Positions 63,096 through 64,000 of a stretch of 64,000 nt of DNA are shown here, one piece after another. The notes beneath the pieces are model-generated. The model saw only the letters and a list, made by a program, of their open reading frames with translations, was not told the DNA's origin and searched no databases. A program made the position numbers and the translations under genes. Source of the DNA: Lama glama (Eukaryota); contig CM052817.1 of the NCBI GenBank assembly GCA_028534125.1, positions 68,326,001 through 68,390,000 of the forward strand. Direction: 5' to 3'. How positions within the stretch are numbered: position 1 is the stretch's first letter; each line of letters starts with the position of its first letter.

Positions 63096-64000
63096 CAAGT
63101 GAAGCCTTATCATTTTAGAAATTCTACACGTATAACTCCGTTCACAGCAAGGGAGTATTTGATAATGACATCTCCTCTGAAATACTTCCACCCAAGATTT
63201 GTGGCTTCATTCTTCAGAGACTAACGACATTTAAAACTTGATGTTAATTACAGCATTGGATTAGCTATATACAGCCTTAGAGAAAGTCAGACCATCATAT
63301 TTTGTCATTTAATTCCTTTGTAGAGAGAGAGCTGTAAAATTTATGACTCACTCTCCATTTGCCCTACTTTTTTCAATGTGAAGATGCTTCATTTTCCCTG
63401 AAGAAGAAGAATGGTAGCAATTGAATGGCTTTGCCTCCTCCTGGCATCTCTTAACATTTACCACCTTCCCCAGCAGCAGGCCTGTTCTGTTCATGGTGAT
63501 TTTCTCCTGCTAAACATTGCTAACAAACTCTGGGGGGCCTTCGTATTTTTGTCCAGCTTCAACCGATATGAGACCCAGCAAAGGACTATTTCTGATATGA
63601 AGCCAGCTCATTTACCTTTTAACCTAAGGAATAGGTAAGAGTAAAATGAATTTGGGGAGATACACAAATAGGAGAATGAAAAATGTGATAAAGAGATGAG
63701 TTAAGAATTCACCTTGTGGAGAAAATGCTCAAGAAAGCATAGATTCTGAAGAATATCCTTAGAGCCAATGAAATAGCTGGGAACTTCCTATGTGATCACT
63801 TGCCTTTTCTTGGCATCTCTACATAGAGACAATGGTCTTTCACAGCCAAGATGTGTGCTGTTTTAATAGTCACAATTAGGATGCTTCCAACCTTGTCCTG
63901 GTGGACACAGACTCTTCCTTCTCTTTCCCTTGGTAACGAACAATAGTATAGCAAGGGCAGTAAACATGATGGTTACAAACACGCTCTAAAGCCAAACTGC

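Noticed and set aside
1..64000. Prokaryote-type systems (CRISPR arrays, operons, defence islands) or a second nested protein-coding gene
   Set aside because: The sequence is mammalian intron and intergenic DNA. I found no regularly spaced repeat-spacer array and no second consistent exon chain on either strand.

Overview
This is AT-rich mammalian genomic DNA, most likely from a camelid (alpaca or camel), judged from four copies of a tRNA-derived SINE resembling camelid Vic-1. It holds the last seven coding exons of GSTCD on the + strand: 20119-20234, 20395-20439, 22567-22695, 35638-35771, 37731-37761, 41076-41145 and 44174-44310. All splice sites are GT-AG with consistent phases. The exons encode about 220 C-terminal residues, including a class I SAM-methyltransferase-like domain. 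The first 20 kb is the end of a long intron, and the last ~18 kb is 3' flank (towards NPNT if mammalian synteny holds, which is not visible here). Most of the rest is interspersed repeats: MER82, MER44, MER2, a Tigger2 MITE, MER58, MER5, L1, L2, L3/CR1, a near full-length HAL1, MIR, and MLT/ERVL LTRs. There is one 100-N assembly gap. Nearly all ORFs in the supplied track are spurious or repeat-derived. I found no convincing new biological system. The best leads are a possible re-splicing site at the first visible exon, two candidate cryptic exons in the long intron, the orphan methyltransferase domain, nested transposons and two hairpins. Repeat names come from recalled consensus sequences, and boundaries of old repeats are approximate.
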